Of a DNA stretch of 50,052 nucleotides, positions 19,763-30,504 are shown one piece after another. Both the position numbers and the translations under genes were made by a program. The notes under the pieces were generated by a model, which searched no databases, was not told the DNA's origin, and saw nothing but the letters and a program-made list of their open reading frames with translations. Each line of letters begins with the position of its first letter. The first letter of the stretch is position 1. The DNA is from Woeseiaceae bacterium (lineage in GTDB: Bacteria; Pseudomonadota; Gammaproteobacteria; Steroidobacterales; Woeseiaceae), in NCBI GenBank assembly GCA_036276805.1, contig DASUOE010000202.1, positions 1-50,052 of the forward strand. The letters run 5' to 3'.

Positions 19763-20961
19763 AGTTCGGGCTGATCGTCGTGCTGGTCGCGCTCGCGAGC
19801 GCGGTCGCGTTCCAGGCCTTGCTCGCGGACCCGGGTTACGTGGTAATCGAGATGCGTGGCCACGTGCTCCAGATGTCGGTGCCTGCTCTCGCGGCGCTCG
19901 TCGTGCTCGTCGTGTTCGCGCTTCTCGTCGTGCGCTGGATCGTGGTCGCGCCGCGGCGCCTCGGCGAGGCGGCCGGCCGTTACCGCGCCGTGCGTTCCGG
20001 GCAGAAGCTGACACGCGGCATGATCGAGGTGGCGGAAGGAAATCTCGCCCACGGCGAGAAACTCCTCGCCCGTGCCGCCGGCAGCAGTGACGCCCCGCTC
20101 TTCAATTACCTGCAGGCGGCGCGGGCCGCACACCTGCAGGGGCACGACGATCGCCGCGACGAATGGCTGCGGCTCGCCTACACCGAAACGCCCGAGGCGA
20201 CGAACGCGGTGCTGCTGACGCAGGCCGAGTTCCAGCTCGATCGCAACGACTACGAACGGGCGCTGGCGACGCTGCGCAAGATCGAGGAGGGCCACCGGGA
20301 TCACGGGTACGCGGCGGAGCTGCTCGGCCGCATCTATTACCGGCTCGGCGACTGGGACAGCCTGGCCGCGCTCCTCCCGCGGCTCGGGAAGCAGCGGACG
20401 ATCAGGCCGGAAACGCTGGAACTCTGGTCGGTGGCCGTCTACAGCGCCGGACTCCAAAAAGCGGTCACGGGCGACGAGGTCCTCGCGGCCTGGAAAGAGC
20501 TTCCCCGCCCACTGCGCAGCAACGTGGCGCTGCTCGATGCGTACTACACGGCGCTGATTCGCACCGGCATGCACGAGAAGGCGGAGAAGGATCTCGTGCA
20601 GGAATTGAACGGCGACTGGCGCACACCGCTCGTGCGCCTGTACGGGCTCGTCCCGGGCAACGACGCCAGCCGCCAGCTCAAGCGCGCCGAAACCTGGCTT
20701 GCGAGCCACCCGGACGACCCGGAACTGCTGCTGGCGGCGGCGCGCCTCTGCCTCAGGAACGAGCTGTGGGGCAAGGCCCGCAGTTATCTCGAGACGGTGC
20801 TCGGCGTGAAACCGACACCGGAGGCCTACCAGGAATACGGCCGGCTGCTCGCCCGGCTCGGCGAGACGGATGCAGCCGCCGACGCGTTTCGCGACGGGCT
20901 CCTGCTCGTGGCAGGGTCACAGGCGACGGCGCTTCCGCATCTCCCGCAGGAGCGGGTGTAA
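19759..20961 (+). CDS. hemY: HemY-type TPR membrane protein
   Basis: 400 aa with two N-terminal TM helices and C-terminal TPRs. Its start overlaps the hemX stop as ATGA. Confidence 0.85.
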   Translation: MKFGLIVVLVALASAVAFQALLADPGYVVIEMRGHVLQMSVPALAALVVLVVFALLVVRWIVVAPRRLGEAAGRYRAVRSGQKLTRGMIEVAEGNLAHGEKLLARAAGSSDAPLFNYLQAARAAHLQGHDDRRDEWLRLAYTETPEATNAVLLTQAEFQLDRNDYERALATLRKIEEGHRDHGYAAELLGRIYYRLGDWDSLAALLPRLGKQRTIRPETLELWSVAVYSAGLQKAVTGDEVLAAWKELPRPLRSNVALLDAYYTALIRTGMHEKAEKDLVQELNGDWRTPLVRLYGLVPGNDASRQLKRAETWLASHPDDPELLLAAARLCLRNELWGKARSYLETVLGVKPTPEAYQEYGRLLARLGETDAAADAFRDGLLLVAGSQATALPHLPQERV

Positions 20962-20980
20962 GGCGCACCGCCGCTCCTAC
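20960..20980. repeat. Truncated REP unit between convergent hemY and the parA-like gene
   Basis: ..AAGGCGCACCGCCGCTCCTAC. Only the tag-proximal half matches the family. Confidence 0.6.
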
Positions 20981-21615
20981 GGCTGGCTGCGCTTCGACCC
21001 GAGCCACTCGGTGAGAGGTTCCCACTCGGCCCAGTCGGGCCAGGCGAGGTACTCGGGGAGCTCGAAGATGCCGAGGCCGCGGGAATACGCGCGAATGTAA
21101 TTCTGCGCCTCGCGCAGCGCCGCGATGTACGGCACCCGGGTCTTCTCGAGGTAGGCGTCGAGGTCGTCCCAGATCAGCGTGTTGTCGCGCACGCGGTTCG
21201 CGACGGTGCCGATGCGCACCTGCTTGCGGTCCACCTTGCCGACGTTTTTCAGCTCTTCGAGGAAGTTGGACGTCGCCTGCATGTCGATCGTCGAGGGCAG
21301 CACGGGCACGATGATGGTTTCGGCGTGGTTCACGAGGTCGGTCAGTTCAGCACCGTGCGAGCGCGCCGGCGCGTCGATCACCAGCACGTCCGCGCTGCGC
21401 GGTGCGTGCCGCAGGCCGTCTTCGAACGCGGCGACGCCGTGGATTTCGGGCCGGTCGGCGGGCCGGCGCTCGAGCCAGTCGAGGCTCGAGCGCTGCGTGT
21501 CGTAGTCCGCGAGCGCAACGGTCGCACCTTCGGTCGCGAACCAGGAAGCGATGTTCGTGGCGAGGGTGCTCTTCCCGCTCCCCCCCTTCGCATTCATTAC
21601 CATTATGTGCCGCAT
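20977..21615 (-). CDS. ParA/MinD-family P-loop ATPase (orphan; no ParB partner in the window)
   Basis: Deviant Walker A MNAKGGSGKSTLATN and Walker B VLVIDAP. There is a Trp-rich acidic tail, PEYLAWPDWAEWEPLTEWL. Confidence 0.8.
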   Translation of the reverse strand: MRHIMVMNAKGGSGKSTLATNIASWFATEGATVALADYDTQRSSLDWLERRPADRPEIHGVAAFEDGLRHAPRSADVLVIDAPARSHGAELTDLVNHAETIIVPVLPSTIDMQATSNFLEELKNVGKVDRKQVRIGTVANRVRDNTLIWDDLDAYLEKTRVPYIAALREAQNYIRAYSRGLGIFELPEYLAWPDWAEWEPLTEWLGSKRSQP

Positions 21616-21831
21616 CAGTAACCTCGGATTTTCTTATCGCTGGAATTTTTCTGTGACTATTTTTTTTAAGTGTCCGATCGTCCAACTCGTCGAAGGATGC
21701 ATCTTCGTTGCCGGCAGGCAATTTATGTAAACTACAGACGCGGCAGGAAAAAGTCCATTCGCGCACCGGCGCCGCAACGGTCGCGCCAGCGCCCGCTCCC
21801 GGGCGCGATGCTCCGACGAGACGACCGGCCG

Positions 21832-22662
21832 ATGCAGATTCGCTACGTGCAAATGGAAGGCGCAGGCAACCGGATACTCGTCGTGGACGAGCGACGCCAT
21901 CGGCGCGCGCCGCCGTCGCCGGATGCGATCCGTGCGCTCGGCGATACCGCGACCGGCCCCGGCTTCGACCAGCTCATGTGGGTGTTGCCGGCCGCTTCCG
22001 CGGGCGCCGTTGCGAGCTACCGCGTCTTCAACCGGGACGGCAGCGAAGTGGAGCAGTGCGGCAACGGGGTACGCTGCGTCGCGCGCCTGCTGGCGGATGC
22101 GGGCGATGCGCCGGCGGCCTTCTGGCTCGAGAGCCCGGCGGGCCCCGTCGAGGCCCGGATCACCGCGCCCGGCCGCGTGGCGGTCGACATGGGCGTTCCG
22201 GAGTTCAACCCCGAAAAAATACCCTTCGTCGCGGAACGTGAGGCGAATTTCTACGATCTCGACGTGAATGGCCAAACCTTCAAAATCGGCGCCGTATCCA
22301 TGGGGAACCCGCACTGCGTGCTGGACGTGGACGACGTGTCCGGGGCCGACGTCGCTTCGCTGGGTCCACGGCTCGAACGGCATCACCGCTTCCCGGCCCG
22401 TACCAATGTCGGTTTCATGGCCCGGCGCACACGGGACGAAATCGACCTTCGCGTCTTCGAACGCGGCGTCGGCGAAACGCTTGCGTGCGGCACCGGCGCG
22501 TGCGCCGCGGTCGCCGTCGGGCGCCGGCGCGGCGAGCTCGACGCCAACGTGCGCGTCAATCTGCCGGGCGGGCAACTCGTGGTAAGCTGGCCGCGGAGCG
22601 TCGACAGGGTCTGGCTGACGGGCAACGCCGAACCCTTACGGGAAGGAATCATCGATCTATGA
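21832..22662 (+). CDS. dapF: Diaminopimelate epimerase
   Basis: Start moved to ATG 21832 (MQIRYVQMEGAGNRILVVD). Catalytic Cys regions are EQCGNGVRCVA and GETLACGTGACAA. Note GNRI where GNDF is usual. Confidence 0.9.
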   Translation: MQIRYVQMEGAGNRILVVDERRHRRAPPSPDAIRALGDTATGPGFDQLMWVLPAASAGAVASYRVFNRDGSEVEQCGNGVRCVARLLADAGDAPAAFWLESPAGPVEARITAPGRVAVDMGVPEFNPEKIPFVAEREANFYDLDVNGQTFKIGAVSMGNPHCVLDVDDVSGADVASLGPRLERHHRFPARTNVGFMARRTRDEIDLRVFERGVGETLACGTGACAAVAVGRRRGELDANVRVNLPGGQLVVSWPRSVDRVWLTGNAEPLREGIIDL

Positions 22663-23363
22663 GTACCCAGCGCAAGCCGGACTACCTCGAGGACGGCCTC
22701 TCCGAGGATCGGGTGCACGACTACCTGAAACTTCACCCCGACTTCTTCGAGCGCCACCCGGCGCTGCTCGGCTCGCTGCGCCTGCCGCACGCGACCGGCG
22801 GCGCGGTGTCGCTCGTCGAACGGCAGGTGTCGGTGCTGCGACAGAAGGACCTGAAAACCGAGCGCCGGCTGAAAGACCTCATTGAAGTCGCGCGCGCGAA
22901 CGACGTGCTGGCCGCGAAGATTCACACTCTGTCGCTCCGGCTGCTCGCGGCACCGAACCTCGAGGTGACGATCGCCGCCGTCGAGGAGGCCGTGCGCGCC
23001 GGATTTGGCGCCGACCAGTCCGTGCTGGTCGTCTTCGGCGACCCGGCCGACTTCGCCCGGGCCGTGCGCGGCCGCTTTCTGCGCGCGCTCGAGCGGGACG
23101 ATCCGGCGCTCGGTCCGTTCGGCACGTTCCTCGCGAGCGGCAACCCGCGCTGCGGCCAGGCACGCGACGCACAACTCGAATTTCTCTTCAAGGACGATGC
23201 CGGCGACGTGGGCTCGGTCGCTCTCATCCCGCTCGGCAGCAAGTCGGAGACCGGATTCCTCGCGATCGGCAGCGCCGACTCGAACCGCTTTCACCCCGGC
23301 ATGAGCATGGATTTCCTCTCGCGCGTCGGCGAACTGGTGGCGGCGGCCCTCGCCCGATATTGA
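22659..23363 (+). CDS. DUF484 (YigA-like) protein
   Basis: MSTQRKPDYLEDGLSEDRVHDYLKLHPDFFERHPALL.. Its start overlaps the dapF stop as ATGA, and it sits in the dapF-yigA-xerC synteny. Confidence 0.8.
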   Translation: MSTQRKPDYLEDGLSEDRVHDYLKLHPDFFERHPALLGSLRLPHATGGAVSLVERQVSVLRQKDLKTERRLKDLIEVARANDVLAAKIHTLSLRLLAAPNLEVTIAAVEEAVRAGFGADQSVLVVFGDPADFARAVRGRFLRALERDDPALGPFGTFLASGNPRCGQARDAQLEFLFKDDAGDVGSVALIPLGSKSETGFLAIGSADSNRFHPGMSMDFLSRVGELVAAALARY

Positions 23364-23396
23364 CAGGCCGGCGGCGGCAGCCCCGGGCTTCCCGTC

Positions 23397-24320
23397 ATGG
23401 ACGATGCCGAACGCGCCTGGATAGACCGCTTCTCGCGCCACCTCGCGCTGGAACGGCGGCTCTCGCCGCTCACCTGCCAGCATTACGGCCGCGATCTCGA
23501 CACGCTTGCCGCCTGGTGCGCCGGGGCGGGTATCGCAAGCTGGGATGCCGTGGACAGCGGGCACATTCGCGCGTTCGCCGCTGCCCTCCACCGGCAAGGG
23601 CTTTCGAGCCGCAGCATCCAGCGCCGGCTGTCGGCCGTGCGGACGTTCTATCGGTATCTCCGCCGCGAGAAAAAGGTCCGGCAGAATCCCGCCGAGACCG
23701 TCTCCGCACCGCGGGGCAAGAAGCGGCTGCCCGGCAACCTCGATGCCGACACCATGGCGCGCCTGCTCGATATCAAGGGCGACGCGCCGCTCGTCGTTCG
23801 GGACCGTGCGATGCTCGAACTCCTGTACTCCTCCGGCCTGCGCCTCGCCGAACTCATCGGACTCGACGCCGGCGACGTGGACCTCGCCGATGCGACCGTG
23901 CGGGTCACCGGCAAGGGCAACCGCGAGCGCGTCGTGCCGGTCGGCCGTTACGCGGTGCAGGCGCTCACCGAGTGGAACCGTCGACGTGGCGAGTTCGCAC
24001 CGGCGGGCGAGCGGGCGCTGTTCGTGAGCACGCGCGGTGGCCGGATCAGCCGCCGGGCCGTGCAGGCCCGCGTCAAGTACTGGGCCCGTCGCCAGGGCAT
24101 CGACAGCCGCGTCTATCCGCACCTCTTTCGGCACTCCTTCGCCACCCACCTGCTCGAGTCGAGCCACGATCTCCGCGGCGTGCAGGAACTCCTGGGTCAC
24201 GCCAACATCTCGACGACCCAGGTCTACACCCATCTTGATTTCCAGCACCTCGCCCGGATATATGACCGGACGCACCCGCGCGCCAGAGCGCAATCAACCA
24301 AAGCGAAAACAAAGAGTTAG
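23397..24320 (+). CDS. xerC: Tyrosine site-specific recombinase XerC
   Basis: The C-terminal catalytic region is [39 protein letters not shown]. It lies after dapF-DUF484. Confidence 0.9.
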   Translation: MDDAERAWIDRFSRHLALERRLSPLTCQHYGRDLDTLAAWCAGAGIASWDAVDSGHIRAFAAALHRQGLSSRSIQRRLSAVRTFYRYLRREKKVRQNPAETVSAPRGKKRLPGNLDADTMARLLDIKGDAPLVVRDRAMLELLYSSGLRLAELIGLDAGDVDLADATVRVTGKGNRERVVPVGRYAVQALTEWNRRRGEFAPAGERALFVSTRGGRISRRAVQARVKYWARRQGIDSRVYPHLFRHSFATHLLESSHDLRGVQELLGHANISTTQVYTHLDFQHLARIYDRTHPRARAQSTKAKTKS

Positions 24321-24351
24321 CCGCCCCGGAAGGGGCGAGCCAGGGATCCCC

Positions 24352-24882
24352 ATGGAACAGTTCAGAGGCACGACGATCGTTTCGGTCCGTCGCCACGGCA
24401 AGGTTGCCATTGCCGGCGACGGCCAGGTGTCGATGGGCAACACCATCATGAAAGGGAATGCCCGCAAGGTGCGCCCGCTGGCGGGCGGCCGCGTCATCGC
24501 CGGTTTCGCAGGCGGTACGGCGGACGCGTTCACGCTGTTCGAGCTGTTCGAGGCGAAGCTCGACCAGTACGGGAATCTCACGCGGGCCGCGATCGAACTC
24601 GCCAAGGACTGGCGGACTGACCGGCGCCTGCGCCGACTCGAGGCGCTCCTGTGCGTCGCCGACAAGGAGTCCTCGTTCATCATCTCCGGCAACGGCGACG
24701 TGATCGAGCCGCAGGACGACCTGATGGCTATCGGCTCGGGCGGGCCGTACGCCCAGGCGGCCGCGCTCGCGCTCCTGCGCCACACGGAGCTGTCCGCGCG
24801 CGAGATCGTCGAGCAGGCCCTCACGATCGCCGCCGAAATCTGCGTCTACACGAACCAGAACATCGTCGTCGAAGAACTCTGA
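24352..24882 (+). CDS. hslV: ATP-dependent protease subunit HslV
   Basis: [27 protein letters not shown].. inside track ORF 24037..24882, 176 aa. Confidence 0.95.
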   Translation: MEQFRGTTIVSVRRHGKVAIAGDGQVSMGNTIMKGNARKVRPLAGGRVIAGFAGGTADAFTLFELFEAKLDQYGNLTRAAIELAKDWRTDRRLRRLEALLCVADKESSFIISGNGDVIEPQDDLMAIGSGGPYAQAAALALLRHTELSAREIVEQALTIAAEICVYTNQNIVVEEL

Positions 24883-24944
24883 CATCCCTCGCGGCGCGGC
24901 AGTAACGCCGCGATCACCGCGAGCTGTCGCGAACAGGATCCCCA

Positions 24945-26264
24945 ATGACCCAGATGACTCCTCGAGAGATCGTCCAGGAACTGGACAAGCACATCATCGG
25001 CCAGACCGAAGCCAAGCGCGCCGTGGCCATTGCGCTGCGCAACCGCTGGCGGCGCGTGCAGATCGACGAGCCGCTCAGAAGCGAGATCACGCCGAAGAAC
25101 ATCCTCATGATCGGTCCGACCGGCGTCGGCAAGACCGAGATCTCCCGGCGCCTCGCGAAGCTCGCGCGCGCGCCGTTCATCAAGGTCGAGGCCACGAAAT
25201 TCACCGAGGTCGGCTATGTCGGCCGCGACGTCGACTCGATCGTGCGCGACCTCATGGACGTTGCGGTGAAGATGCTGCGCGAGGACGCGATGCTGAAAGT
25301 GCGGCCGCGGGCCGAGGACGCGGCGGAGGAGCGCGTGCTCGACGCGCTGTTGCCGGCGTCCCGCTTCGGCGACGAGGATGCGAAGCACAGCGAAACGCGG
25401 CAGAAATTCCGCAAGCTGCTGCGCGAGGGCAAGCTCGCCGACCGCGACATCGAAGTGGAAGTGGCCGCCGTGCCGGTCGGGGTCGAGATCATGGCGCCGC
25501 CCGGCATGGAGGAAATGACGAGCCAGCTGCAGAGCATGTTCCAGAACCTCGGCGGCAACCGGAAGAAGGCGCGCAGGCTCAAGGTCTCGGACGCACTCCG
25601 GCAGCTCACGGACGAGGAAGCGGCGCGCATGGTCGACGAAGAGGAGCTGAAGTCGCAGGCGCTCGAGGCGGTCGAGCAGCACGGCATCGTGTTCCTGGAC
25701 GAGATCGACAAGGTGGCCCGCCGCTCTGACGCGCAAGGCGCGGACATTTCCCGCGAAGGCGTGCAGCGCGACCTGCTGCCCCTCGTCGAGGGCTCCACCG
25801 TCAACACGAAGTACGGCATGGTGCGGACCGATCACATCCTGTTCATCGCGTCCGGCGCGTTCCACGTCGCGAAACCCTCCGACCTGATCCCGGAGCTGCA
25901 GGGCCGGTTCCCGATCCGCGTGGAACTGAAGTCGCTGAACGTGGAGGACTTCGTGCGCATCCTGACCGAGCCCGACGCGTCGCTGACCGACCAGTACGCG
26001 GCCCTGCTGGGGACGGAAGACGTGCGCCTCGCCTTCACGCCGGACGGCGTGCGCCGGCTGGCCGAGGTGGCCTACCACGTGAATGAGAATACCGAGAACA
26101 TCGGCGCCCGGCGCCTGCACACCGTGATGGAGCGCCTGCTCGAAACGGTATCCTTCGAGGCGTCCGACAAGAGCGGCACCGAGGTCACGGTAGACGCCGC
26201 CTACGTCGACGAGCACCTGGCGGAGCTGTCACGCGACGAGGATCTCAGCCGCTATATCCTGTAG
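24945..26264 (+). CDS. hslU: ATP-dependent protease ATPase subunit HslU
   Basis: [17 protein letters not shown], Walker [11 protein letters not shown], ending ..DEDLSRYIL. Confidence 0.95.
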   Translation: MTQMTPREIVQELDKHIIGQTEAKRAVAIALRNRWRRVQIDEPLRSEITPKNILMIGPTGVGKTEISRRLAKLARAPFIKVEATKFTEVGYVGRDVDSIVRDLMDVAVKMLREDAMLKVRPRAEDAAEERVLDALLPASRFGDEDAKHSETRQKFRKLLREGKLADRDIEVEVAAVPVGVEIMAPPGMEEMTSQLQSMFQNLGGNRKKARRLKVSDALRQLTDEEAARMVDEEELKSQALEAVEQHGIVFLDEIDKVARRSDAQGADISREGVQRDLLPLVEGSTVNTKYGMVRTDHILFIASGAFHVAKPSDLIPELQGRFPIRVELKSLNVEDFVRILTEPDASLTDQYAALLGTEDVRLAFTPDGVRRLAEVAYHVNENTENIGARRLHTVMERLLETVSFEASDKSGTEVTVDAAYVDEHLAELSRDEDLSRYIL

Positions 26265-26527
26265 GAGCGGCCGTTAGGCCGCGAGTGGATTGCGCCGTCC
26301 GAACGTGTCGCTTTCGCCGGCGCATCCGGCCGCCTTCAATTCGCGGCGTTACCGCCGCTCCTACGACGCACCTGTAGGAGCGGCCGCGAGGCCGCGAATG
26401 GTACGCGCGGTCCGAACGTGTCGCTTTCGCCGGGGCATCCGGCCGCTTCCCATTCGCGGCGTTACCGCCGCTCTTAAGCTCAGGAATTCCGGCCACCTTC
26501 AATTCGCGGCGTTACCACCGCTCCAAC
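26261..26527. repeat. REP cluster: two tandem REPIN-like pairs plus one extra reverse unit
   Basis: Pair 1 is 26261..26364 and pair 2 is 26374..26478, with shared spacer GTCCGAACGTGTCGCTTTCGCCGG. The extra unit is 26500..26527. Confidence 0.9.
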
Positions 26528-26545
26528 TCGTGGCATAGTCACAGC

Positions 26546-26914
26546 GTGACTGCCTCTACCGCACCGACCGAAATCAAGCTGCGCCGGAGTTCGCGTCTTC
26601 TCAGCGTCGCTTTCGACGACGGTGCCGCATTCGAGCTGCCTTTCGAATTCCTGCGCGTGTATTCGCCGAGCGCCGAGGTGAAGGGCCACGGGCCCGGGCA
26701 GGAGCGGCTGCAAACCGGCAAGGAAGATGTTGCCGTCACCGCCGTCGAGCCGGTCGGGCATTACGCGGTGCGTCTCGTGTTCGACGACGGCCACGATACG
26801 GGCCTCTACACGTGGGCTTACCTGCGCGAGCTCGGCGAAACACGGGAGGCGAAGTGGCGGACCTACCTCGACCGCCTGCAGGCGGCAGGGTATGCTCGCA
26901 GGAAACCCGGCTGA
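26546..26914 (+). CDS. DUF971 (gamma-butyrobetaine hydroxylase-like N-terminal domain) protein
   Basis: ..[54 protein letters not shown]. It sits upstream of ubiE, as is common. Start is GTG. Confidence 0.75.
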   Translation: MTASTAPTEIKLRRSSRLLSVAFDDGAAFELPFEFLRVYSPSAEVKGHGPGQERLQTGKEDVAVTAVEPVGHYAVRLVFDDGHDTGLYTWAYLRELGETREAKWRTYLDRLQAAGYARRKPG

Positions 26915-26918
26915 ACCA

Positions 26919-27689
26919 ATGTCTCCCGATACGCCCGATCCCGACAACGGCGCAGGCCGCACGCACTTCGGCTATCGCACCGTCTCGTCCGCCGAGAAGG
27001 CGGGGCTCGTGCGCGGCGTATTCGATTCCGTCGCCGGCCGCTACGACCTGATGAACGACCTGATGTCGGGCGGCCTGCACCGGCTCTGGAAGCGTTTCAC
27101 GGTGGCGGAGGCTGCGGCCAGGCCCGGCCACCGCGTGCTCGATCTCGCGGGCGGCACCGGCGATCTCGCGCGGGCATTCGCGGAACGGGTCGGGGCGGAG
27201 GGCCATGTCGTCCTTGCGGACATCAACCGCAGCATGCTCGAGCAGGGCCGCAGGCGGCTGGTGGACGCTGGCATCGCAGGCAACCTCTCGCTCGTGCAGG
27301 TCGACGCCGAGAACCTGCCGTTCGCCGATTCGTACTTCGACCGCGTCTGCATCGCCTTCGGGCTGCGCAACGTCACCGACAAGGGCGCAGCGTTGCGCTC
27401 GATGTACCGCGTGCTGAAACCCGGCGGCAAGCTTTGCGTGCTCGAGTTCTCGCAGCCGCACGAGTCCCTGCGTCCCGCCTACGACCTCTATTCATTTAGG
27501 GTGCTGCCGGCGCTCGGCCGGCTCGTCGCCGGCGACGCGGACAGCTACCGCTACCTCGCCGAGTCGATCCGCATGCACCCCGACCAGGATACGCTGCTCG
27601 GCATGCTCGGAGATGCGGGCTTTGCGCGCTGCCGGTACCAGAACCTGTCGGGCGGCGTCGTCGCGCTGCACACCGGTTACCGTCTTTGA
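26919..27689 (+). CDS. ubiE: Ubiquinone/menaquinone C-methyltransferase UbiE
   Basis: [34 protein letters not shown], with SAM motif [12 protein letters not shown]. Confidence 0.95.
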   Translation: MSPDTPDPDNGAGRTHFGYRTVSSAEKAGLVRGVFDSVAGRYDLMNDLMSGGLHRLWKRFTVAEAAARPGHRVLDLAGGTGDLARAFAERVGAEGHVVLADINRSMLEQGRRRLVDAGIAGNLSLVQVDAENLPFADSYFDRVCIAFGLRNVTDKGAALRSMYRVLKPGGKLCVLEFSQPHESLRPAYDLYSFRVLPALGRLVAGDADSYRYLAESIRMHPDQDTLLGMLGDAGFARCRYQNLSGGVVALHTGYRL

Positions 27690-27698
27690 GCCGCGGCG

Positions 27699-28304
27699 AT
27701 GAGCCTGCTCGAATCACTGCTGCGACCGCTCGCTTCCCTGCTGAACCAGACCATCGCCGAATCGACGCCGGCGCGTGAGCTCGCGCGGGAACTCGACGGC
27801 ACGGTCGCCGCGGTGCGCGTGCGCAATTCCGCGATGGCGATGACGTTTCGTATCGACGGGGAGCGCATAGCGCTCGCGCCCGGCGCGCCGGACGACGCCG
27901 ATATCGCCATCACCGGCTCCTTCGCCGCGCTGGCCCGCCTGGCCCTCGGTGGCGACGAGGACGCGATTCGCGACGGGCGCGTGGAGCTCATCGGCGACGC
28001 GGAGAAGGCGCAGGCTTTCCAGCGCCTGCTCAGGCACGCCCGTCCCGACCCGGAAGAACAGCTCTCGAGGCTCGTGGGTGACCCCGCCGCGCACGCGGCC
28101 GGCCGCGCGGCGCGCGGCGTGCGCAGGTGGGCCGCGGACGCCCGGCGCACGCTGGCCGCGAATCTGCGCGAGTACCTGCAGGAGGAACGGCGCGACGTGC
28201 CGAACCGCCACGAAGTCGAGCATTTCACCCAATCCGTCAACACGCTGCGCGACGACGTCGACCGCCTGGCAGCCCGCATCGACAGGCTCGGGAAGCCGAA
28301 TTGA
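27699..28304 (+). CDS. ubiJ: Ubiquinone biosynthesis accessory factor UbiJ (SCP2-like)
   Basis: 201-aa ORF between ubiE and ubiB with an SCP2-like N-terminal half. Confidence 0.7.
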   Translation: MSLLESLLRPLASLLNQTIAESTPARELARELDGTVAAVRVRNSAMAMTFRIDGERIALAPGAPDDADIAITGSFAALARLALGGDEDAIRDGRVELIGDAEKAQAFQRLLRHARPDPEEQLSRLVGDPAAHAAGRAARGVRRWAADARRTLAANLREYLQEERRDVPNRHEVEHFTQSVNTLRDDVDRLAARIDRLGKPN

Positions 28305-29887
28305 AATCCGTCCGCGGCCGCACGCTGCAACGGGTCCTGACCATCCAGCGCGTGCTGGTGAAGTACGGGCTCGACGAAGTCATCTCGAAGACGCACCTGC
28401 TGCGGCCCCTGCGCTTCCCGTTCTATCTCTTCCCGCGACGGCGCGACCGCTCCGCGCCACTCGGCGAGCGTATCCGCCTCGCGCTCGAGGAACTCGGCCC
28501 GGTGTTCGTGAAATTCGGACAGGCGCTGTCGACCCGGCGCGACCTGCTGCCGCCGGACATCGCGGACGAGCTCGCGAAGCTGCAGGACGCCGTGCCGCCC
28601 TTCCCGGTCGAGGCGGCGCTCGCGATGATCGAGTCGGCGTACCGCCGGCCCGTCGACGAGGTCTTCGCACGATTCGATCGCGAACCGCTGGCCGCGGCGT
28701 CGATCGCGCAGGTGCACACGGCGAAGCTCCGCGAAGGCACGGAGGTGATCGTCAAGGTATTGCGGCCCGGGGTGGAGGCCCGGATCCGGCTCGACCTCGA
28801 CGTGCTGCACTGGATCGCGAACCTCGCCGACCGCTACTGGGACGCGAGCAAGCGCCTGAAGCCGCGCGAGCTCGTCGACGAATACGAGAGCACGATCCTC
28901 GACGAACTCGACCTCATGCGCGAAGCGGCAAACGCCGCGCAACTCAGGCGCAATTTCCAGGGCTCGGACATGCTCTACGTGCCGGAGATCTACTGGGACT
29001 ATTGCCGGCCGGAAGTGCTCGTGCAGGAGCGGATCTACGGCACGCCGATCAGCGACATGGCCGCCCTGCGCGCCGCGGGCACGAACATCCCGCGGCTCGC
29101 GGAGAACGGCGTCGAGATCTTCTTCACGCAGGTGTTCCGGCACAACTTTTTCCACGCGGACATGCACCCGGGCAACGTGTTCGTCATCACGACGGACCCG
29201 GAGCGGCCGAAGTACGCGGCGGTCGACTTCGGCATCGTGGGCACGCTGAGCCCGTGGGACCAGCGCTATCTCGCCGAAAACTTCCTCGCCTTCTTCGACC
29301 GCGACTACCACCGCATCGCGCGGCTGCATCTCGACTCGGGCTGGGTGCCGGAGGGCACCCGCATCGACCAGCTCGAATCCGCGGTGCGCACCGTCTGCGA
29401 GCCGATTTTCCACAAGCCGCTCGCGGAGATATCGTTCGCCCAGGTCCTGATGCGGCTCTTCCGCGTGGCGCAGCGTTTCAACGTCGAGATCCAGCCGCAG
29501 CTCATCCTGCTGCACAAGACACTTTTCAACATCGAGGGTCTCGGCCGCGAGCTCTACCCGGAACTCGACCTCTGGAAGACGGCGCACCCGGTCATGAAGC
29601 GCTGGATGCAGGACCGCATCGGGCCGAAGGCGATGCTTGCGGACCTGCGCCAGAACCTGCCGCACATTCGCGAAGCCCTGCGCGAGCTGCCCGGGGCCGT
29701 GCACCGGCTGGCGGAACAGGCGGCGAGCGGCGAGGTCCGCGTCCGGGCCGACGCCGACGAGATCCGGCTCCTGTACGCGGAACTCGTGCGCATCCGCAAG
29801 CAGCGCGTCTGGCTCACGATCGCCTCGGTAGCCGCCGCCGCCGCGATCGGCGGCGCGATCTCGCTCGCGCTCCTCGCCCTCAACTGA
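28301..29887 (+). CDS. ubiB: Ubiquinone biosynthesis regulatory kinase-like protein UbiB
   Basis: A TTG start overlaps the ubiJ stop. Features are ALEELGPVFVKFGQALSTRRDLLPPDIADELAKLQD, FHADMHPGN and a C-terminal TM helix. Confidence 0.9.
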   Translation: MKSVRGRTLQRVLTIQRVLVKYGLDEVISKTHLLRPLRFPFYLFPRRRDRSAPLGERIRLALEELGPVFVKFGQALSTRRDLLPPDIADELAKLQDAVPPFPVEAALAMIESAYRRPVDEVFARFDREPLAAASIAQVHTAKLREGTEVIVKVLRPGVEARIRLDLDVLHWIANLADRYWDASKRLKPRELVDEYESTILDELDLMREAANAAQLRRNFQGSDMLYVPEIYWDYCRPEVLVQERIYGTPISDMAALRAAGTNIPRLAENGVEIFFTQVFRHNFFHADMHPGNVFVITTDPERPKYAAVDFGIVGTLSPWDQRYLAENFLAFFDRDYHRIARLHLDSGWVPEGTRIDQLESAVRTVCEPIFHKPLAEISFAQVLMRLFRVAQRFNVEIQPQLILLHKTLFNIEGLGRELYPELDLWKTAHPVMKRWMQDRIGPKAMLADLRQNLPHIREALRELPGAVHRLAEQAASGEVRVRADADEIRLLYAELVRIRKQRVWLTIASVAAAAAIGGAISLALLALN

Positions 29888-29900
29888 TGGCGCCCCACCG

Positions 29901-30479
29901 GTGCTGAGCGTCGTCGCGCGGGTGCTGCTGCGGCTCGGCGGCTGGACTCCGGTCGGGGGGACGATCCCGGTGCCGCGCGCCGTGATCATAGCCGCCCCGC
30001 ACACCTCGAACTGGGACGGCATCTGGGGACTCGTCTACCGGGTGGCGCTTCGCCTCGACATCCATTTCTTCGCGAAGGACACGCTGTTCTGGTTTCCGCT
30101 CGGACTCGTGCTGCGGAGCCTCGGCGGCGTGCCGCTCGACCGCGACCGGCCCGGCGACGCCGTGCCGATAGCCATCGCGGCCCTCCGTGACAACGCGCAT
30201 TACTACTTCGGTCTTGCGCCCGAAGGCACGCGCCGGCGCAAGGACTACTGGAAGACCGGTTTCTACCGCATCGCGCGGGACGCCGGCGTCCCGATCGTGC
30301 TCGGCTTCCTCGATTACGGGCGCAAGCGCCTCGGCACGGGGCCGGTCATGGAACTCACCGGCGACGTCGACCGCGACATGGCGCGCATCCGCGCGTTCTA
30401 TGCGGACATCACCGGTCGGCATCCGGCGAATGCGACGCCGCCCGCGCTGCCGCCGCCCACGGCGCGCGGGCGCTGGTGA
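29901..30479 (+). CDS. PlsC-family lysophospholipid acyltransferase
   Basis: HX4D motif HTSNWD and an APEGTR motif, 192 aa. Start is GTG per the track. Confidence 0.75.
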   Translation: MLSVVARVLLRLGGWTPVGGTIPVPRAVIIAAPHTSNWDGIWGLVYRVALRLDIHFFAKDTLFWFPLGLVLRSLGGVPLDRDRPGDAVPIAIAALRDNAHYYFGLAPEGTRRRKDYWKTGFYRIARDAGVPIVLGFLDYGRKRLGTGPVMELTGDVDRDMARIRAFYADITGRHPANATPPALPPPTARGRW

Positions 30480-30504
30480 CAGCGCCCGCGGCGTGCCGCG
30501 CGGC

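Noticed and set aside
21670-21831. N-terminal extension of dapF from the track start at 21670. I also searched here for a small lipoprotein gene (lptM/lppL) upstream of dapF.
   Set aside because: The extension is Arg-rich and non-protein-like, and DapF homology starts at MQIRYVQMEG (21832). No signal-peptide/lipobox ORF is present in any frame.
18243-30022. Other long shadow ORFs in the track (18243..19208, 18698..20014, 22383..24293, 24846..26216, 27677..30022 and many shorter ones).
   Set aside because: They show the same Arg/Pro/Ala-rich composition, lie antisense to confidently recognised genes (hemX, xerC, hslU, ubiB) and carry no motifs.
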